64,000 nucleotides of DNA from an uncultured delta proteobacterium (GTDB lineage Bacteria > Desulfobacterota > WTBG01 > CAIYCZ01 > CAIRTM01). Shown piece by piece: positions 11,175 to 24,321 of the stretch. Made by a program: the position numbers and the translations under genes. Position 1 is the first letter of the stretch. Each line of letters starts with the position of its first letter. The DNA lies in NCBI GenBank assembly GCA_963804955.1, contig CAWDSQ010000014.1:64001-128000 (forward strand). Reading direction: 5' to 3'. The notes beneath the pieces were generated by a model. It did not search any database. It was not told the origin of the DNA and saw nothing but the letters and a program-made list of their open reading frames with translations.

Positions 11175-12563
11175 GACTGTTTCTCCAGAGATTTAAGCTG
11201 TTCAAAAAGCCTGTTTAATTCCGCAGCGAAAGCCTGCCGGTTTTTGCTGGCGCTGCCGGCAAGCTGGCACCGCATCCCGCCGTCTTTTTCTTCAAGCACC
11301 AGATACACCCTGCGGTGGGACATAAAAAACGCCATGCAGATGCCCGAGATCAGAAAAACGCACCCGAGCCACACCACATTGACGCCCGGGTCGCGGGTGA
11401 CCTGCAGGCCCGTATAATAGCTCGTGTACAGCTGGACAAGCTTCACCTCGTAGGCGGCGTTCTGATTGCGGTGAAAGTCGGGAAATTTCACGAACGTCCA
11501 CGAGCTTTCGAGCTCTTTGCCGCTGCGGAAAATGACCACGCGGGCCGCGGGGTTGTTGGGCTCGTCGGAGCGGGAAAAATATTTGCCGTTATCCATGGCG
11601 AAATCGGCAAGCACGGTATCGACGACGGCCTCGTCCTGGGTGCCCGCAAGGGCAAAGCGCTGCCCCGGCCGCACGCGGTACTCGCGGTCCTGCTGAGCCC
11701 CGGCGGGCCTGATTCGCACGAGCAGCTCGCCGCCTGCGGCCGCGGTCGTTCCGTAGCTTGACTGGTAGAAGAAAACCCCTTTGTAGATGAGCGGGTCATT
11801 GACCTCGATAACCTTTTTCAGCACTTCTTTTCCGCCATCGATAACGGTCAGCCAGCTTTTATAATCTTTGGGCATGCCGCCCTTGTCATAGTAGCTCACC
11901 TCGAACCGGTCGCAGCGCAGGGCAAAACCGAGCTCATGCTCCTGCGTGGTATTTTTCAGCGTCACCGTACCCTGCGTTTCTCCCTCATTCAGTTTCATGA
12001 ATCCCTGATAGCCGATGGTGCCCAGCAGCACGCCCGCAATGACGGTAATCATGCCGATATGGGTCAAATAGAACCCCAGGTATGACAGGCGCCCCTTTTC
12101 AGCAACGATATAGGTTTTGCCGTCCTGCCGGGTAACGGCCGGCGCGGCCAGAAACTGCCCCACGGCTTTTGCCAGAGCATCGGACAGGCCGGGCGAGGCC
12201 TTTTTTATATTGAACTTTTTCACCGTGGCCATGGCCTGCAGCTGCTGCTCGGTCGGGGCCTTCGGCGGCTGCTGCAGAAGCCGGCGCAACCCGGAAAGCC
12301 GGTTGAGCGAACAGGCCGCAAGGTTGAGCGTAAAAAGACCCAGGGCAACCATGAACCACCAGCAGTGATACATGTCGGTGAAGCCCCATGGCTTTCAGCA
12401 GCCCGTAGGTCGACGGGCTGTACAGGCGCTGGTAGTCCTGCTCGGCGGCATTCTGCGGCACGACGGTACCAATGACGCAGACGGCCGAGAGCACGATGAG
12501 CAGCACTATGGTCAGCCGTAAGGATATGAACAGCTTCCAGACTTTTTTCAGCATACCAATCAC
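11171..12563 (-). CDS. resB: Cytochrome c biogenesis protein ResB/CcsB (frameshift near 12378)
   Basis: SLRLTIVLL...IGTVVPQ, MYHCWWF...NLAACS, YLTHIG, IEVNDPLIYKG.FYQSSY, TGLQVTRDPG. Confidence 0.9.
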
Positions 12564-12787
12564 CGCTTGAATTAATTACATACATTCAAAAACAAATTCA
12601 GTTTTTGAAGGGCTTGCACCACGTCAGGTCGCAAAACTAGCAAAAGAGCGCCGCATTTGCAATGAAATTATATAATAATTACTTAAAAAATATTGACAAA
12701 AGGTGCAGGTTTTTGTTAAAGTTTTTCAAAAAAAACCGATAAAGTATATGAAAACAACGTATAAAATTCCTATAAACGGAGCCACAC

Positions 12788-13306
12788 TTGAAAAAAGTAC
12801 TTCTTTACGTCATACTCGGTCTTGTCCTGTTCGGTCTACCGTTCATAGCCTACACATCAGAGGAGTACAACGGCGCCAGCAAATGCAAGGTCTGCCATAT
12901 TAAAATCTTCAAATCATGGCAGGAAACCCCCCATGCCAAAGCCATGGACAGCCTGAAGCCCGGAGCTGCGGCCGAAGCCAAAAAGAAGGCAAAACTTGAT
13001 CCTGCTAAAGATTATTCAAATGACCCGGCATGCATTCAGTGCCACACCACCGGCAACAACCCGGCTTTTGCAGGCATACAGTGCGAAGCCTGCCACGGCC
13101 CCGGCGTAAAATATTCCGCCATCAGCATCATGAACAAAAGCAAGTGGAAAGAAAACCCCGATGCGCAGCGCAAGCTTGCCATAGAAGCAGGCCTCGTGAT
13201 ACAGCCCGAGGAGAAAAACTGCACAGCCTGCCACAATGAAAAAAGCCCGACCTTCAAGCCCTTCGACTTCAAGGCGCGCTATGAATTGATCAAACATCCC
13301 AAGTAA
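12788..13306 (+). CDS. Periplasmic tetraheme cytochrome c (c554-like)
   Basis: Signal/anchor plus four heme motifs: CKVCH, CIQCH, CEACHGPG, CTACH. Confidence 0.9.
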   Translation: MKKVLLYVILGLVLFGLPFIAYTSEEYNGASKCKVCHIKIFKSWQETPHAKAMDSLKPGAAAEAKKKAKLDPAKDYSNDPACIQCHTTGNNPAFAGIQCEACHGPGVKYSAISIMNKSKWKENPDAQRKLAIEAGLVIQPEEKNCTACHNEKSPTFKPFDFKARYELIKHPK

Positions 13307-13332
13307 CTTTTGGGCTTGTACTGCAGCCATTG

Positions 13333-13362
13333 AGGCCTGCCCGAAAAAGGCAGGCCTTTTTT
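13333..13362 (+). terminator. Intrinsic terminator
   Basis: AGGCCTGCC-cgaaaaa-GGCAGGCCT followed by a T tract. Confidence 0.8.
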
Positions 13363-13395
13363 ATTGCCGGCCTGCAGCAGCACCTGTCGCATGCA

Positions 13396-13425
13396 TTGAC
13401 ACTGCCGAAGATTTCACGCTATACT
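13396..13425 (+). promoter_or_regulatory. Sigma-70-type promoter
   Basis: TTGACA-N18-TATACT upstream of the HD gene. Confidence 0.55.
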
Positions 13426-13471
13426 GGCTTGCAAACTTTAAAAGTACACCTCATCTCAGGCACATAGAGCA

Positions 13472-14059
13472 ATGCACGACAGGCTAGACAAGCAGCTGGC
13501 TTTCCTGCTGGAAATAGATCGGCTCAAAGAGGTGCTGCGCCAGTCCTATATCTGCCGGGGGCTGCGCAGGGAAAACTCCTCCGAGCACAGCTGGCATCTT
13601 GCCGTCATGGCCCTGGTGCTGGCCGAGCATGCCCGTGATGCCGTCGATATCATGCGCGTGGTGAAAATGACGCTGGTGCATGACCTGGTTGAAATAGATG
13701 CCGGCGACACCTTCTGCTATGACGATGCGGGAAATGCGGACAAGGCGGCCCGCGAGGCAGCAGCTGCCGATCGCATTTTTAGTCTCCTGCCCGATGATCA
13801 GGGCTGCGAGCTGCGCAGCCTGTGGGAGGAATTCGAAGAGCGTGCAACCCCCGAAGCGCGCTTTGCCGCCTCCCTTGACCGCCTCATGCCCCTTCTTCAC
13901 AACTACTCCAGCAGGGGTAAAACCTGGCAGGAGCACGGCGTTGCGGCAGCGCACGTGCTGGAGCGCAACCGGCATATCGAGGACGGCTCAGCGCAGCTGT
14001 GGGCCATTGCCAAATCGCTCATCGAAGACGCCATTGAAAAAGGGTGGCTGAAAAAATGA
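13472..14059 (+). CDS. HD-domain phosphohydrolase (HDDC2/YfbR-like)
   Basis: [32 protein letters not shown]...TPEARFA..LDRL. Confidence 0.9.
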   Translation: MHDRLDKQLAFLLEIDRLKEVLRQSYICRGLRRENSSEHSWHLAVMALVLAEHARDAVDIMRVVKMTLVHDLVEIDAGDTFCYDDAGNADKAAREAAAADRIFSLLPDDQGCELRSLWEEFEERATPEARFAASLDRLMPLLHNYSSRGKTWQEHGVAAAHVLERNRHIEDGSAQLWAIAKSLIEDAIEKGWLKK

Positions 14060-14730
14060 TCACCGACACTGAGCACCTTACCCTCGAGCATACGCCACCG
14101 GTATACACCCTCTGCCTGAAAAACGGCGGGGCGTGCTCGCTTTCGTTTATTGCCGGTTTAAACGCTGCCCTTGACGATGTCGAGTCATCGACGGGGCCGG
14201 CATGCCTTATCATCTCCGGAGACGGCAAATCATTTTCAACAGGATTTCAGCTGGAGGACTTTTTCAGCGGAAATGCCGGGCTGCGCCAGGCCATGCTCAG
14301 CCGGTCGATTAAACTGCTGGGCCGCGTGGCCTGCCTGCCCGTGCCGACTGCGGCGGCCATAAACGGCCATGCCTTCGGCTTCGGGGCACTGCTTGCCCTG
14401 GCCTGCGACCGGCGCATCATGCGCAGCGACCGGGGCTTTTTCTGCCTGCCGGAGCTCGACCTGCAGGTTGCCATCCCCCGGCCCATGATGGAGCTGCTGA
14501 AGCTCAAACTGCGCCACAATGTGCTGTGCGACCTTGTTTTTTCCGGCAGGCGCATCGGCGGCCAGGAAGCCTTCGGGCTGGGCATTGTGGATGCAGCATG
14601 CCCGCTGGCCGAACTTATGGCACAGGCACAAAATATGGTGCAGCCGCTTGCGGCAAAAGACCGCGCCACCCTCGGGGCCATGAAGCGCGAGCTGTACCGG
14701 CAGTTTCTGGATACTGTACCGCTTGATTGA
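14056..14730 (+). CDS. Enoyl-CoA hydratase/isomerase (crotonase) family
   Basis: [39 protein letters not shown]. Confidence 0.85.
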   Translation: MITDTEHLTLEHTPPVYTLCLKNGGACSLSFIAGLNAALDDVESSTGPACLIISGDGKSFSTGFQLEDFFSGNAGLRQAMLSRSIKLLGRVACLPVPTAAAINGHAFGFGALLALACDRRIMRSDRGFFCLPELDLQVAIPRPMMELLKLKLRHNVLCDLVFSGRRIGGQEAFGLGIVDAACPLAELMAQAQNMVQPLAAKDRATLGAMKRELYRQFLDTVPLD

Positions 14731-15265
14731 TATGCCGACAGTGCGCACCATTTCACTTATGCCGTTTGAGGCTTCCGCTGCCACGCAGCCTTTCTTGTGC
14801 AGCACGAGCATACAGCTGCAGGACAGGATACTGGCGCTTGTGTACACTGTTTCCGGCCCGCTGAAGGACCTCATCATCCCTGCGGCAGCAGCTTCACCCG
14901 GCTTCACCCCTGACCTCTGGCAGGGCACCTGTTGTGAATGTTTCCTGCGGCGGTATGCCATGAAAAACTACACGGAATGGAATTTTTCACCCTGCGGCAG
15001 CTGGTGGGCATGCGCCTTTGATGATTACCGGGCCCCTGCCCGGCGGCAGCCAGAGGATATGCAGCCTCGGCAGCTCGACATACAGCGCACGGACTCTCTT
15101 TTGACCCTCACCGCGGCACTGGCCTGCCAGGCTGCGCACGGGCTGCGCATCGGCCCGGCGCTGATACTTCAGCATGCAGACGGCAGCCGCTCGCACTGGG
15201 CCATGGACCACCCGGGCGGCAGGCCTGATTTCCATCGCGCAGAGATCTGCGCATGTGTCGTGTGA
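14723..15265 (+). CDS. DOMON-like domain hypothetical protein
   Basis: LWQGTCCECF, YTEWNFSP.G.W..F.DYR, HWAMDHP..RPDFH. Confidence 0.7.
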   Translation: MIDMPTVRTISLMPFEASAATQPFLCSTSIQLQDRILALVYTVSGPLKDLIIPAAAASPGFTPDLWQGTCCECFLRRYAMKNYTEWNFSPCGSWWACAFDDYRAPARRQPEDMQPRQLDIQRTDSLLTLTAALACQAAHGLRIGPALILQHADGSRSHWAMDHPGGRPDFHRAEICACVV

Positions 15266-15299
15266 ACAACCAATCAGATCTTCCCCGGAGGACAGCACT

Positions 15300-16143
15300 A
15301 TGAAAAAAGCCCTGAAAGCCTATAAAAACCCCGAATTTCTCGGCAGCCCCGAGGCGCGCACCATCCGCATGCTTGCCGAATACCTGGAGCCTGAAAGCCG
15401 CCTCAGGAAATTCAATATAGAAGACACCATTGTCTTTTTCGGCTCAGCACGCATCAAGCCGCCGGCAGACGCCAGGGCCTGCCGTGATGAACTGCGACAG
15501 AAAATAAGCCGGGGGGGCATCGGGCTCGATGCCGACCTGGTGCGGGCCGAACAGGGCATAATCATGTCAAAATATTATGATGATGCCGTGCGGCTTGCCC
15601 GCATGATAACTGTTTGGTCAAAGGATCTGCATAATGAAAAAACGCGTTGCAGCCGCCGGTTCATCATCTGCTCGGGCGGCGGGCCCGGCATCATGGAGGC
15701 TGCCAACCGCGGTGCTTCCGAGGCCGGCGGCTACTCCATCGGCATGAACATCAGCCTGCCCTATGAGCAGGAGCCCAATGCCTATATCTCCCGTGAGCTC
15801 ATGTTCGAGTTCCACTACTTCTTCGTGCGCAAGTTCTGGCTGGCCTATATGGCAAAAGCGCTTATCATCTTTCCGGGCGGCTTCGGCACCCTGGATGAAA
15901 TGCTGGAGATTCTCACGCTGCTGCAGACGGGCAAAATCACCAAGCGCATGCCCATCATCATCTACGGCAGCCCGTACTGGAAGGAGGTGCTCAATTTCGA
16001 GGCCATGGTAAAATGGGGCATGATCAGCCCCGAAGACCTCGAGCCTGTTCAGCTTCTGCGACACGCCGGAAGATGCCTTTGCCTGTCTCAAAGCAGCCCT
16101 GGAGCCCCTGTGCGCCGAGACGCCGCCGCAGGAGCAGTCTTGA
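15300..16143 (+). CDS. LOG family nucleotide-binding protein (frameshift near 16045)
   Basis: FFGSAR, SGGGPGIMEAANRGA, FHYFFVRK, FPGGFGTLDE. Confidence 0.9.
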
Positions 16144-16167
16144 CAAACGGATTATTATGAATATAAT
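16140..16167 (+). promoter_or_regulatory. Sigma-70-type promoter of pckG
   Basis: TTGACA-N16-TATAAT. Confidence 0.6.
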
Positions 16168-16217
16168 ACGCTGGCCCCAAAAGACGGCAAAACCAACAAA
16201 GGCAGAAAGGTGCTGAT

Positions 16218-18014
16218 ATGAGAGTCGAGGATCTGAAAAACAAAAAGCTCAAGGCATGGATTGAAGAAGTGGCGGCCCTGTGCCGGCCCGATACAATTGA
16301 AATCTGCGACGGCTCGCAGCAGGAATACGACCGCCTGTGCGACCTGATGGTGCAGAGCGGCACATTTTCAAAACTCAACGACGCCAGGCGGCCCGGCAGC
16401 TATATCTGCTTCTCCGATCCCGGCGATGTGGCGCGCGTTGAGGACCGCACCTATATCTGCTCGAAAAACAAGGAGGACGCAGGACCCAACAACAACTGGC
16501 GCGATCCCGATGAAACCAGAAACCTGCTGAAGGGCCTGTACAAAGGGTGCATGCAGGGCCGCACCATGTACGTTATTCCGTTCTGCATGGGCCCCCTCGG
16601 TTCAAACATCTCCTATATCGGCGTTGAACTTACCGACTCGCCCTATGTTGTGGTCAATATGCGCATCATGACCCGCATGGGCCGCGCGGTGCTGGATCAG
16701 CTCGGAGACGGCGACTTCATCCCCTGCCTGCATTCGGTCGGAGCGCCCCTTGCGCCGGGACAGAAGGACGTTGCCTGGCCCTGCAACCCGGACAACAAAT
16801 ATATCGTCCATTTCCCCGAAGAGCGCAGCATCTGGTCTTACGGCTCAGGCTATGGCGGCAATGCGCTGCTGGGAAAAAAATGCTTCGCCCTGCGCATCGC
16901 CTCCATCATGGCCCGCGACGAGGGCTGGCTTGCCGAGCACATGCTCATCATGGGCCTCACCTCGCCCGAAGGCGAAACGAAATATATCGCGGCGGCTTTC
17001 CCCAGCGCCTGCGGCAAGACCAACCTCGCCATGCTCATTCCGCCGATTCCGGGCTGGAAAGTGACCTGCGTGGGCGACGACATCGCCTGGATGAAATTCG
17101 GGGCCGACGGCAGGCTCTATGCCGTGAACCCCGAGGCGGGGTTTTTCGGCGTGGCGCCCGGCACATCCATGGAGTCGAACAAAAACGCCATGCTCACGAT
17201 CACCAAAAACTCCATATTCACCAATGTGGCCCTGACGCCCGATGGTGATGTATGGTGGGAGGAGATGACCGACGAGCAGCCCGCGCAGCTCACCAGCTGG
17301 ACCAAAGAGCCATGGACGCCCGGCTGCGGCAAAAACGCTGCGCATCCCAATGCCCGCTTCACAGCGCCCATTGCCCAGTGCCCCATCTTCGACCCCGCCT
17401 GGGACGACCCGAAGGGCGTGCCCATCTCGGCCATACTGTTCGGCGGCCGCCGCTCCCAGGTGGTGCCCCTGGTAACCGAAGCGCGCAGCTGGACAGAAGG
17501 CGTATTTTTGGGCTCAATCATGGCTTCGGAAAAAACCGCTGCGGCGGCAGGCAAAGTCGGCGACCTGCGGCGCGACCCGTTCGCCATGCTGCCCTTCTGC
17601 GGCTATAATATGGGCGACTACTTTGCCAACTGGCTGAAAGCGGGCCAGCGCACCGGCGCCAAGCTTCCGAAAATATTTTATGTGAACTGGTTCCGCAAAG
17701 ACGACCGGGGCAAATTCCTCTGGCCCGGCTACGGCGAAAACTGCCGCGTGCTCAAATGGATATGTGAGCGCGTCAGCGGCACGGCCGCCGCCGTGGAATC
17801 AGCCATCGGCCTGCACCCGGCCAAAGACGCCATCCAGACGCAGGGCCTTGGCATTGCAGAGGATGCCATGGATGAGCTGCTGCGGGTTGACGCGGCCGAG
17901 TGGAAGGCCGAAATCCCGAGCATTACCGAGCATTTTAATCAGTTCGGCAGCCGCCTCCCGAAAGAGCTGTGGGATGAGCTGAAAGCGCTTGAAGAGCGGC
18001 TGGGCAAGGCGTAA
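16218..18014 (+). CDS. pckG: Phosphoenolpyruvate carboxykinase (GTP)
   Basis: [63 protein letters not shown]. Confidence 0.97.
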   Translation: MRVEDLKNKKLKAWIEEVAALCRPDTIEICDGSQQEYDRLCDLMVQSGTFSKLNDARRPGSYICFSDPGDVARVEDRTYICSKNKEDAGPNNNWRDPDETRNLLKGLYKGCMQGRTMYVIPFCMGPLGSNISYIGVELTDSPYVVVNMRIMTRMGRAVLDQLGDGDFIPCLHSVGAPLAPGQKDVAWPCNPDNKYIVHFPEERSIWSYGSGYGGNALLGKKCFALRIASIMARDEGWLAEHMLIMGLTSPEGETKYIAAAFPSACGKTNLAMLIPPIPGWKVTCVGDDIAWMKFGADGRLYAVNPEAGFFGVAPGTSMESNKNAMLTITKNSIFTNVALTPDGDVWWEEMTDEQPAQLTSWTKEPWTPGCGKNAAHPNARFTAPIAQCPIFDPAWDDPKGVPISAILFGGRRSQVVPLVTEARSWTEGVFLGSIMASEKTAAAAGKVGDLRRDPFAMLPFCGYNMGDYFANWLKAGQRTGAKLPKIFYVNWFRKDDRGKFLWPGYGENCRVLKWICERVSGTAAAVESAIGLHPAKDAIQTQGLGIAEDAMDELLRVDAAEWKAEIPSITEHFNQFGSRLPKELWDELKALEERLGKA

Positions 18015-18035
18015 ACACAAGAGCTATACAAACAG

Positions 18036-18072
18036 AAGCGGGAGCAGCCGTTACGGTTGCCCCCGCTTTTTT
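18036..18072 (+). terminator. Intrinsic terminator after pckG
   Basis: AAGCGGGAGCAGCCG-tta-CGGTTGCCCCCGCTT followed by a T tract. Confidence 0.7.
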
Positions 18073-18088
18073 GTCTCAGCACAACAGA

Positions 18089-19648
18089 TCATGCAACAAA
18101 CCGCTCAAGAGCTGCGGGGATACGCTCGATGATATCGCTTGCAAGAATGCCAAGCGCGCCGCGCTCGGCGTGCTATGTCATCGCCGATCTGCCATGGACA
18201 TACACGGCAAGCAGCGATGCTTTCAGCGGATCGATGCCCTGGGCGATAAGGCCGGTGATCAGGCCGGTGAGCGCATCGCCCATGCCGCCGCTTGCCATGC
18301 CGGGATTGCCGGTGGGATTTACATAGACGCTGCCGTCGGGGGCTGCTATGACCGTGCGGCTGCCTTTGAGAACCACTATCACTTTATACTGCTGAGCAAA
18401 CTCCCGCGCGCAGCCGATGCGGTCTGCCTGAACCTGCTGAGTTGTCAGGCCCGTAAGCCGCGCCATTTCGCCCGGATGCGGGGTGAGCACGGCAGGAACC
18501 TTTAACCTGCCGAGCATCCCCGATATTGCGTGCCAGCAGGTTCAGGCCGTCGGCATCAATGACAAGCGGCGCCGGCGAAGCCTCAATGAATCCAGTTCAT
18601 CAAGACCGAGGTTTCCTTATGGTCGCCCATGCCCGGCCCGATGGCCACAACGCTTTTACCCTGCAAAAGTCTGGTAATTCCGGGCAAAGCCAGGGCGCCG
18701 AGAAAACCGCCAGACTCTTCGGGCAGCGGCTTCGGTCATGGGCTCGGTAAGCTTTGCTTCAAGGATCGGAGTTGAGCGATGCGGGCACGCCCACGGTCAC
18801 CAGACCCGCCCCTGCACGCATGGCTGCCTGCGCACACAGGGCTGCAGCGCCGGTCTTGCCCGGCGAGCCTGCAAGAATGAGACGCGTGGCCATAGGTGCC
18901 CTTATGCGAATCAGGCTCGCGGGCGGGCACAATGCCAGCCAGCATGGCCGCATCAAGCAGATACTCATTGATATTACTTGATTCTACAAGCTCTGAAGGA
19001 ATTCCTATATCGATAACTTCGAAGCGGCCTGCATACTCGGACGCCGGGATGGACAACAAGGCCTTTCTTGGCAAGACCGAAGGTGCAGGTAAGGTGCGCC
19101 TTCACTGCTGCGCCAAGGACTGCGCCCGTTGTTGCATCGATGCCTGAGGGGATGTCAACGGCAACAACCATTGCTCCTGACGCGGCATTAATGCTCTCAA
19201 TTGCGCTGCGGTACAAACCCCGCACCTCAGATGAAAGCCCTGTGCCGAGCAGCCCGTCAATGATAATGCCTGCCTGCTGTATGTCCGGTGCAGCCTGCCG
19301 CCACTGTTCCTCATCGGTGACTTGAATGATTCGGCCTCCTGAATCTTTGAAAGCTTCAAGGTTGATCAGCGCATCGCCTGCGACCTTGCCTGGATCGGCA
19401 AAAAGAAAAGCTGTGACGCAGGCGCCGTCATTATGAAAGCAACGGGCTATCACGAATCCGTCGCCGCCGTTGTTGCCGCGGCCGCACAGCACGGCAACTG
19501 GCCGGCCCGCAGCATCCGGCACCGTTTCAACTATTTTTTCATATGTGCCGCGTCCGGCATTTTCCATAAGCACTGCGCCGGGTATGCCGATATCATTGAT
19601 GGTTGCGCGGTCAAGCTCCTGCATCTGCCGTGCGCTGACAATCTTCAT
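18089..19648 (-). CDS. nnr: Bifunctional NAD(P)H-hydrate epimerase/dehydratase (several frameshifts)
   Basis: LMENAG, CGRGNNGGDG, DGLLGTG, AVDIPSG, DSHKGTYGH, AGSPGKTGAA, LTPHPGEMARL, GNPGMASGGMGDALTG. Confidence 0.9.
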
Positions 19649-19747
19649 GGCATGAATCTCGCTGTTTAGTGGCTGAGTAAAAATCCCGTACCATACATTT
19701 GTCGGGTTCGCCCTATATGGATACTTCTTCGCAAACATTTGCTGTGC

Positions 19748-19804
19748 GCAGGTTGGGTTGAGGTGCGATACCCAACGGTTTCTTCCGGGCTTAACCCAAC
19801 CTGC
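19748..19804. repeat. REP-like palindrome
   Basis: GCAGGTTGGGTT...AACCCAACCTGC 12-bp inverted repeat with internal ACCCAAC. Confidence 0.65.
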
Positions 19805-19884
19805 ATAAAAAAGGCTTTTCGTGCAGGCGCTATTAATAGAGTGCTTTAAATTTCCTGCAGGATCGGCCCGTTGCAGCCGGCAGG

Positions 19885-21869
19885 CTAACAGGCTTCCTGG
19901 CCTGCCTGATCCGCTTTCCCGCTCAGCACATCGTGCAGCATGCAGCAGACCTTTTCAATCGTCAGGGGCTTTTCAAGAAATCCCTTCACCCCGAGCCGGA
20001 GCAGTTCATCGATGCGGGCATCATTAACAACCCCGGACATGACAATGACTGCAACCTGCGGATCAAGATCTTTAAGGGCCAGGTACGTATCTTTGCATGA
20101 TTTGCGCGGCATAATCAAGTCAAGCATCACGGCCCTGACGTCGCCGCTGTACATCTTGAAAAGTTCAAGGGCCTGCACGCCGTCTTCGGCGGACAGCACC
20201 GCATAGCCGCAGGCTTCAAGAATCACCTTCATCACCTGCGGGTGATCAGCTCATCATCGGCAATAAGCACCAGTCCCTCGCCGCGCGGAACCGGCTCGGC
20301 AGCATGCGCTTTTAGCGATGGCGGCCTCCTGCACACGCCGCCGGCAGATACACATCTAAATGTCGTGCCGGCCCCGGGCTCGGACTGCACGTCGATAAAG
20401 CCGCCATGCTGCTTGACAATATCGGCCACCATGGCAAGCCCGAGGCCCGTGCCCTGTTCGGCGCCCCTTGGTGGTAAAAAAAGGATCAAATATTTTATCA
20501 AGCACCCCGCTGTCGATGCCGACGCCTGTATCGGCGACCGACAGCTTCCAGAACTGCCTGGCCGGCAGCATCGGGGCAGATGCTGCAGCGGCGGCTCGTC
20601 GGCTGCGGTTTTACCCGACCGAAACGGTCAGCACGCCGCCTGGGCCTGCTGCCCCGCAGGCCGCATGATGGTCATGGCGTGACAGGCGTTAACCAGCAGA
20701 TTTAGAACCACCTGCTCTATCTGCGTGGGATCGGCAGACACCATGGCATTCTTTTCGGGCTGTACAGCGCGGATTTCCACGCAGCGGTCGAAGGTGTTGC
20801 GGCACAGCTCGATTGCCTGGCGCACCGCCTTGTTCAGGTCAAAGGACACGACCAGGCATTCTTTTTTTCGCGACAGAGACAAAAGCTGTTTGACCAGATC
20901 GATAGCGCGTGCGCCGGCATTCTGCATAAGATCAAGGAAACAATTCGAGCTGATCGTCTGGAATACGTGCTTGCGGTCTTCAGTTTGCTGCGCAGCACAG
21001 ACAGTGAGCCCGTAATGCCGCACAGCACATTGTTGAAATCATGGGCAAGCCCCCCTGCAAGCATGCCGACAATTTCCATCTTTTGCGCCTGCCGCAGCTG
21101 CTGCTCGGTGAGCTCAAGCTCGGTGACGTCGTCCATGCGTATCACAATGTCGGAAGAGTGATCGATGTCCAGCGGAAAAAGTGTTACATCAAAATAAACA
21201 TTGCCGAAGCTGCATTCCTGAACTGTCTTGAAGCGGTGCGGGACGTGTGCGCTGACAACATCGCTGATGTGCTGCTTGAACCCGTCAAACCATGGAAGCA
21301 CCTGGGCAATATCCCGCCCGATGGCATATTCGGCGGGGACGCCCGCATACCTTTCCGCTGCGGAATTCCACTGCGTGACAACACCCTGTGCCGGTGGCTG
21401 ATATAAGCATGCTGGAAAGCGAGTTAAAAACGCTTGCAAGATATTGCCGGGTGTACTGAACTTCCTGCGCTGCAATGCGGCTCTCGTGCCGCATGATGGC
21501 CTCGCGCATCTCCCGCTCGATAGCCGGCGCCAGGCGGGCAAGCTTGTCTTTCATGACAAAATCATGAGCGCCCGGCCTTCATGGCGCGCACGGCTGTTTC
21601 CTCGCCGATGGTGCCCGAAACGATAATAAATGGTACATCAAGGCCGCGCTCCCGAAGCGATATCAAGGGCGACAAACAGACTGCAATCGGGGCATGCTGT
21701 AGTCCGAGAGTATGACATCCCAGGGGCTCTCGAGGGCCTCGAGCAAAATCGCCGGCCGTGTCAACGCGCAGGGCTCTCGGGGGCATAGCCGCCGCGGCGC
21801 AGCTCACGCAGCAGCAGCTCGACATCATCTCTCGGAATCGTCAACGATCAGCACGCGCAGGTTCGTCAT
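19885..21869 (-). CDS. Hybrid histidine kinase REC-PAS-HisKA-HATPase-REC (several frameshifts)
   Basis: [78 protein letters not shown]-terminal receiver. Confidence 0.85.
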
Positions 21870-22325
21870 GGCATGCCTCAGGCACAGGGGCGTGCGCGGG
21901 CACTGATTGAGCACCATCCAGTACAGGCTCAGCTGCCGCACGGCTTCGGTAAACTGTTCGAAATCGACAGGCTTGCGGATATAGCTGTTCACGCCGTAGT
22001 GATAGCTGTCGATCATGTCTTTTTCCTCGTCCGATGACGTGAGCACCACCACCGGCAGATACCGCGTGCGCTCATCAGCCCTGATGCGCCGCAGCACTTC
22101 AAGGCCGCCGAGCCTGGGCATTTTAAGGTCCAGCAGCACAACCTCCGGCATGACGCACAGGTCGCGGCCCGCATGGGGCCCTGTGCCGAACAGGTAGTCG
22201 AGGGCCTCGACGCCGTCGCGGGCCACGACGATCTCATTGAGCACATGATTGCGCTTAAAGGCCCGCATTGCCAGCTCGAGATCATCCTCATTGTCTTCAA
22301 CAATCATTATAATGCGCTTGTCCAT
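21825..22325 (-). CDS. Single-domain response regulator (Rcp1-like); true stop probably near 21878
   Basis: IVEDNEDD, LLDLKMP, VVVLTSS, NSYIRKPVDF...YW. Confidence 0.9.
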   Translation of the reverse strand: MDKRIIMIVEDNEDDLELAMRAFKRNHVLNEIVVARDGVEALDYLFGTGPHAGRDLCVMPEVVLLDLKMPRLGGLEVLRRIRADERTRYLPVVVLTSSDEEKDMIDSYHYGVNSYIRKPVDFEQFTEAVRQLSLYWMVLNQCPRTPLCLRHAMTNLRVLIVDDSER

Positions 22326-24321
22326 TATCCCTCCTGTGCCAAGGTAAAATAAAAGGTGGCGCCGCCGTCGGGAGCGCTCTGCGCCCAGATGCGGCCGCCG
22401 TGCCGGTGCACGATGCGCTGCACCGTGGCAAGGCCGATGCCGGTTCCCGGGAACTCCCGCTCGGCATGCAGGCGCTGAAAAGCGCCGAACAGTTTATCGG
22501 CATAGGCCATGTCAAAGCCCACGCCATTGTCGCGCACGCAGTACACCGGCGCCGCGGACATGCTCCGGCATATCGCCGTCGCCCCGTCAGCGGTCCCGAA
22601 AAAAATTTCGCGCGCGGGCCGCGTGCCCGTGTATTTCCATGCATTGCCCAGAAGGTTTTCAACGGGCGATGCGCAGCAGGTGCCCGTCGCCCAGGACAAC
22701 AAGGCCCGGCTCTATCGTGCAGGCAGACATCCCTGCCCGGGCTCCTGCTCCTGGAGCTGGGCCGCGATGTCGGCGGCAAGCGCGCTCAGGCTGACCTGTT
22801 TCGCGCCGCATTTCATAGCGCGTCAGCCGGGACAGCTTCAGGAGATCATCGATGAGCCGGCCCATGCGGCCCGAGGCGGCGCGGATGCGCTCAAGGTAGC
22901 GCCTGCCTTCCGGCGGAAGGCATTTCGCCGAAATCCTCTGTCAATGGGGCGCTGGAAACCGCTGATGCTTCGCAGCGGGGCCCGCAGATCATGGGATACG
23001 GAATAGGAAAAGCTCTCAAGCTCGCGATTGGCGGAGGCAAGCTGGTCGCGCTGCCGCACCAGCTCATGCTCCATGCGCCTGCGCGCCGTAATGTCGCGCA
23101 TGATGCTTACCGACCCGACGGGCTTCCTTGTCTGGCTGTAGAGCATGGCTATATTGGCCTCAACCTCGACCAGGCGGCCATCCTTGCGTTTTATATAAAA
23201 ATTATAATTCGGTGATTTTGCCCTTTGCAAAGAAATCGTCCATGCGGCTGTAGGCCGCCATCATATCGGCTCATACTGACCCATGAACCTGTTCACCCTG
23301 CGTTGTTTCATACCATCCCTCGTCAAAAAAAGCGAAGCTGGCAGGGGTAAGTCCCATCAGCTCATCTGCGTCATAGCCCATGAGATCGGCGCAGGCCCGA
23401 TTGACACTCATAATATGACCGGTGCTATCGCTTATGATAATGCCGTCAAGAGAATTTTCGATGATATTGTTCGAGAAAATCATTGGTCGAGGACAGCTGC
23501 TGCTCGATGAGCTTACGGTGCGTTATATCCCGCACGACGGAAATTGTGCCGGTGCGCCGGCCCTGCTCATCCATCAGATTAGAGACGCTGGCTTCAACAG
23601 GAACAAGCTCTCCCTCACGGTTGACGACATAGTATTCCCAACTGATCATGGCCTCACTGCGAAGCCTGCTCATATTTTGATACATAGTGTCATAATATGC
23701 CAGGTCGATCATCACCTCATCGCCCAGGGTGGTGCGATAGGTTTTGTCGACTTCCGGCATAAAGCAATAGGGCCTATTGCCGATCACTTCGTCGCGCCGC
23801 AGCCCACCATCTCAAGGAAAGCCCTGTTGGTTATCAGGATGGTCTCAGTGCCGCTTTGGGTAATAAAAATGCCGTCGACCGACTGTTCCAGCACGGATTC
23901 AAGCTGCTTCTCGGCGGTGTGCAGCAGCTCCATATCGCGAGCGCGCCGGGCCATTTCCTGCTGCAGCCGCTCATTGGCCTGCTGCCGCTGCAGGTACAGA
24001 TCGCGAATCCAGCCCACGAAGCCACCCTTCAATAATAAAGGCGATATGGCCTATAATGCCCGCGCGCTGAGCATGCCGGGCTTCCAGTCAAGGCCGAAGG
24101 CCGTCATCATGAGCATATTTACGGGGAAAGGCGCACAATCCCGCTGCAAGCCCTGCCCGCCATCCCCAGCAAAGAGCGGCGGTAAGTACGGGCAGAAGCG
24201 CAAGTATGGCGCCATGGCCTGCCCTCTGCCGATTAGCTACAAACAGCAGGACATAGGCCAGCAGCGAAAAGATAAATACGGCTTTGCGGTTATGGAGATA
24301 CGCAATAAACAGGCCCTGCAT
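22325..24321 (-). CDS. Membrane multi-PAS sensor histidine kinase (several frameshifts)
   Basis: TM N-terminus, three PAS fragments, [43 protein letters not shown]. Confidence 0.85.

Noticed and set aside
21825..21880. Fusion of the response regulator to the hybrid kinase N-terminus
   Set aside because: Best explained by an indel removing the stop near 21878.
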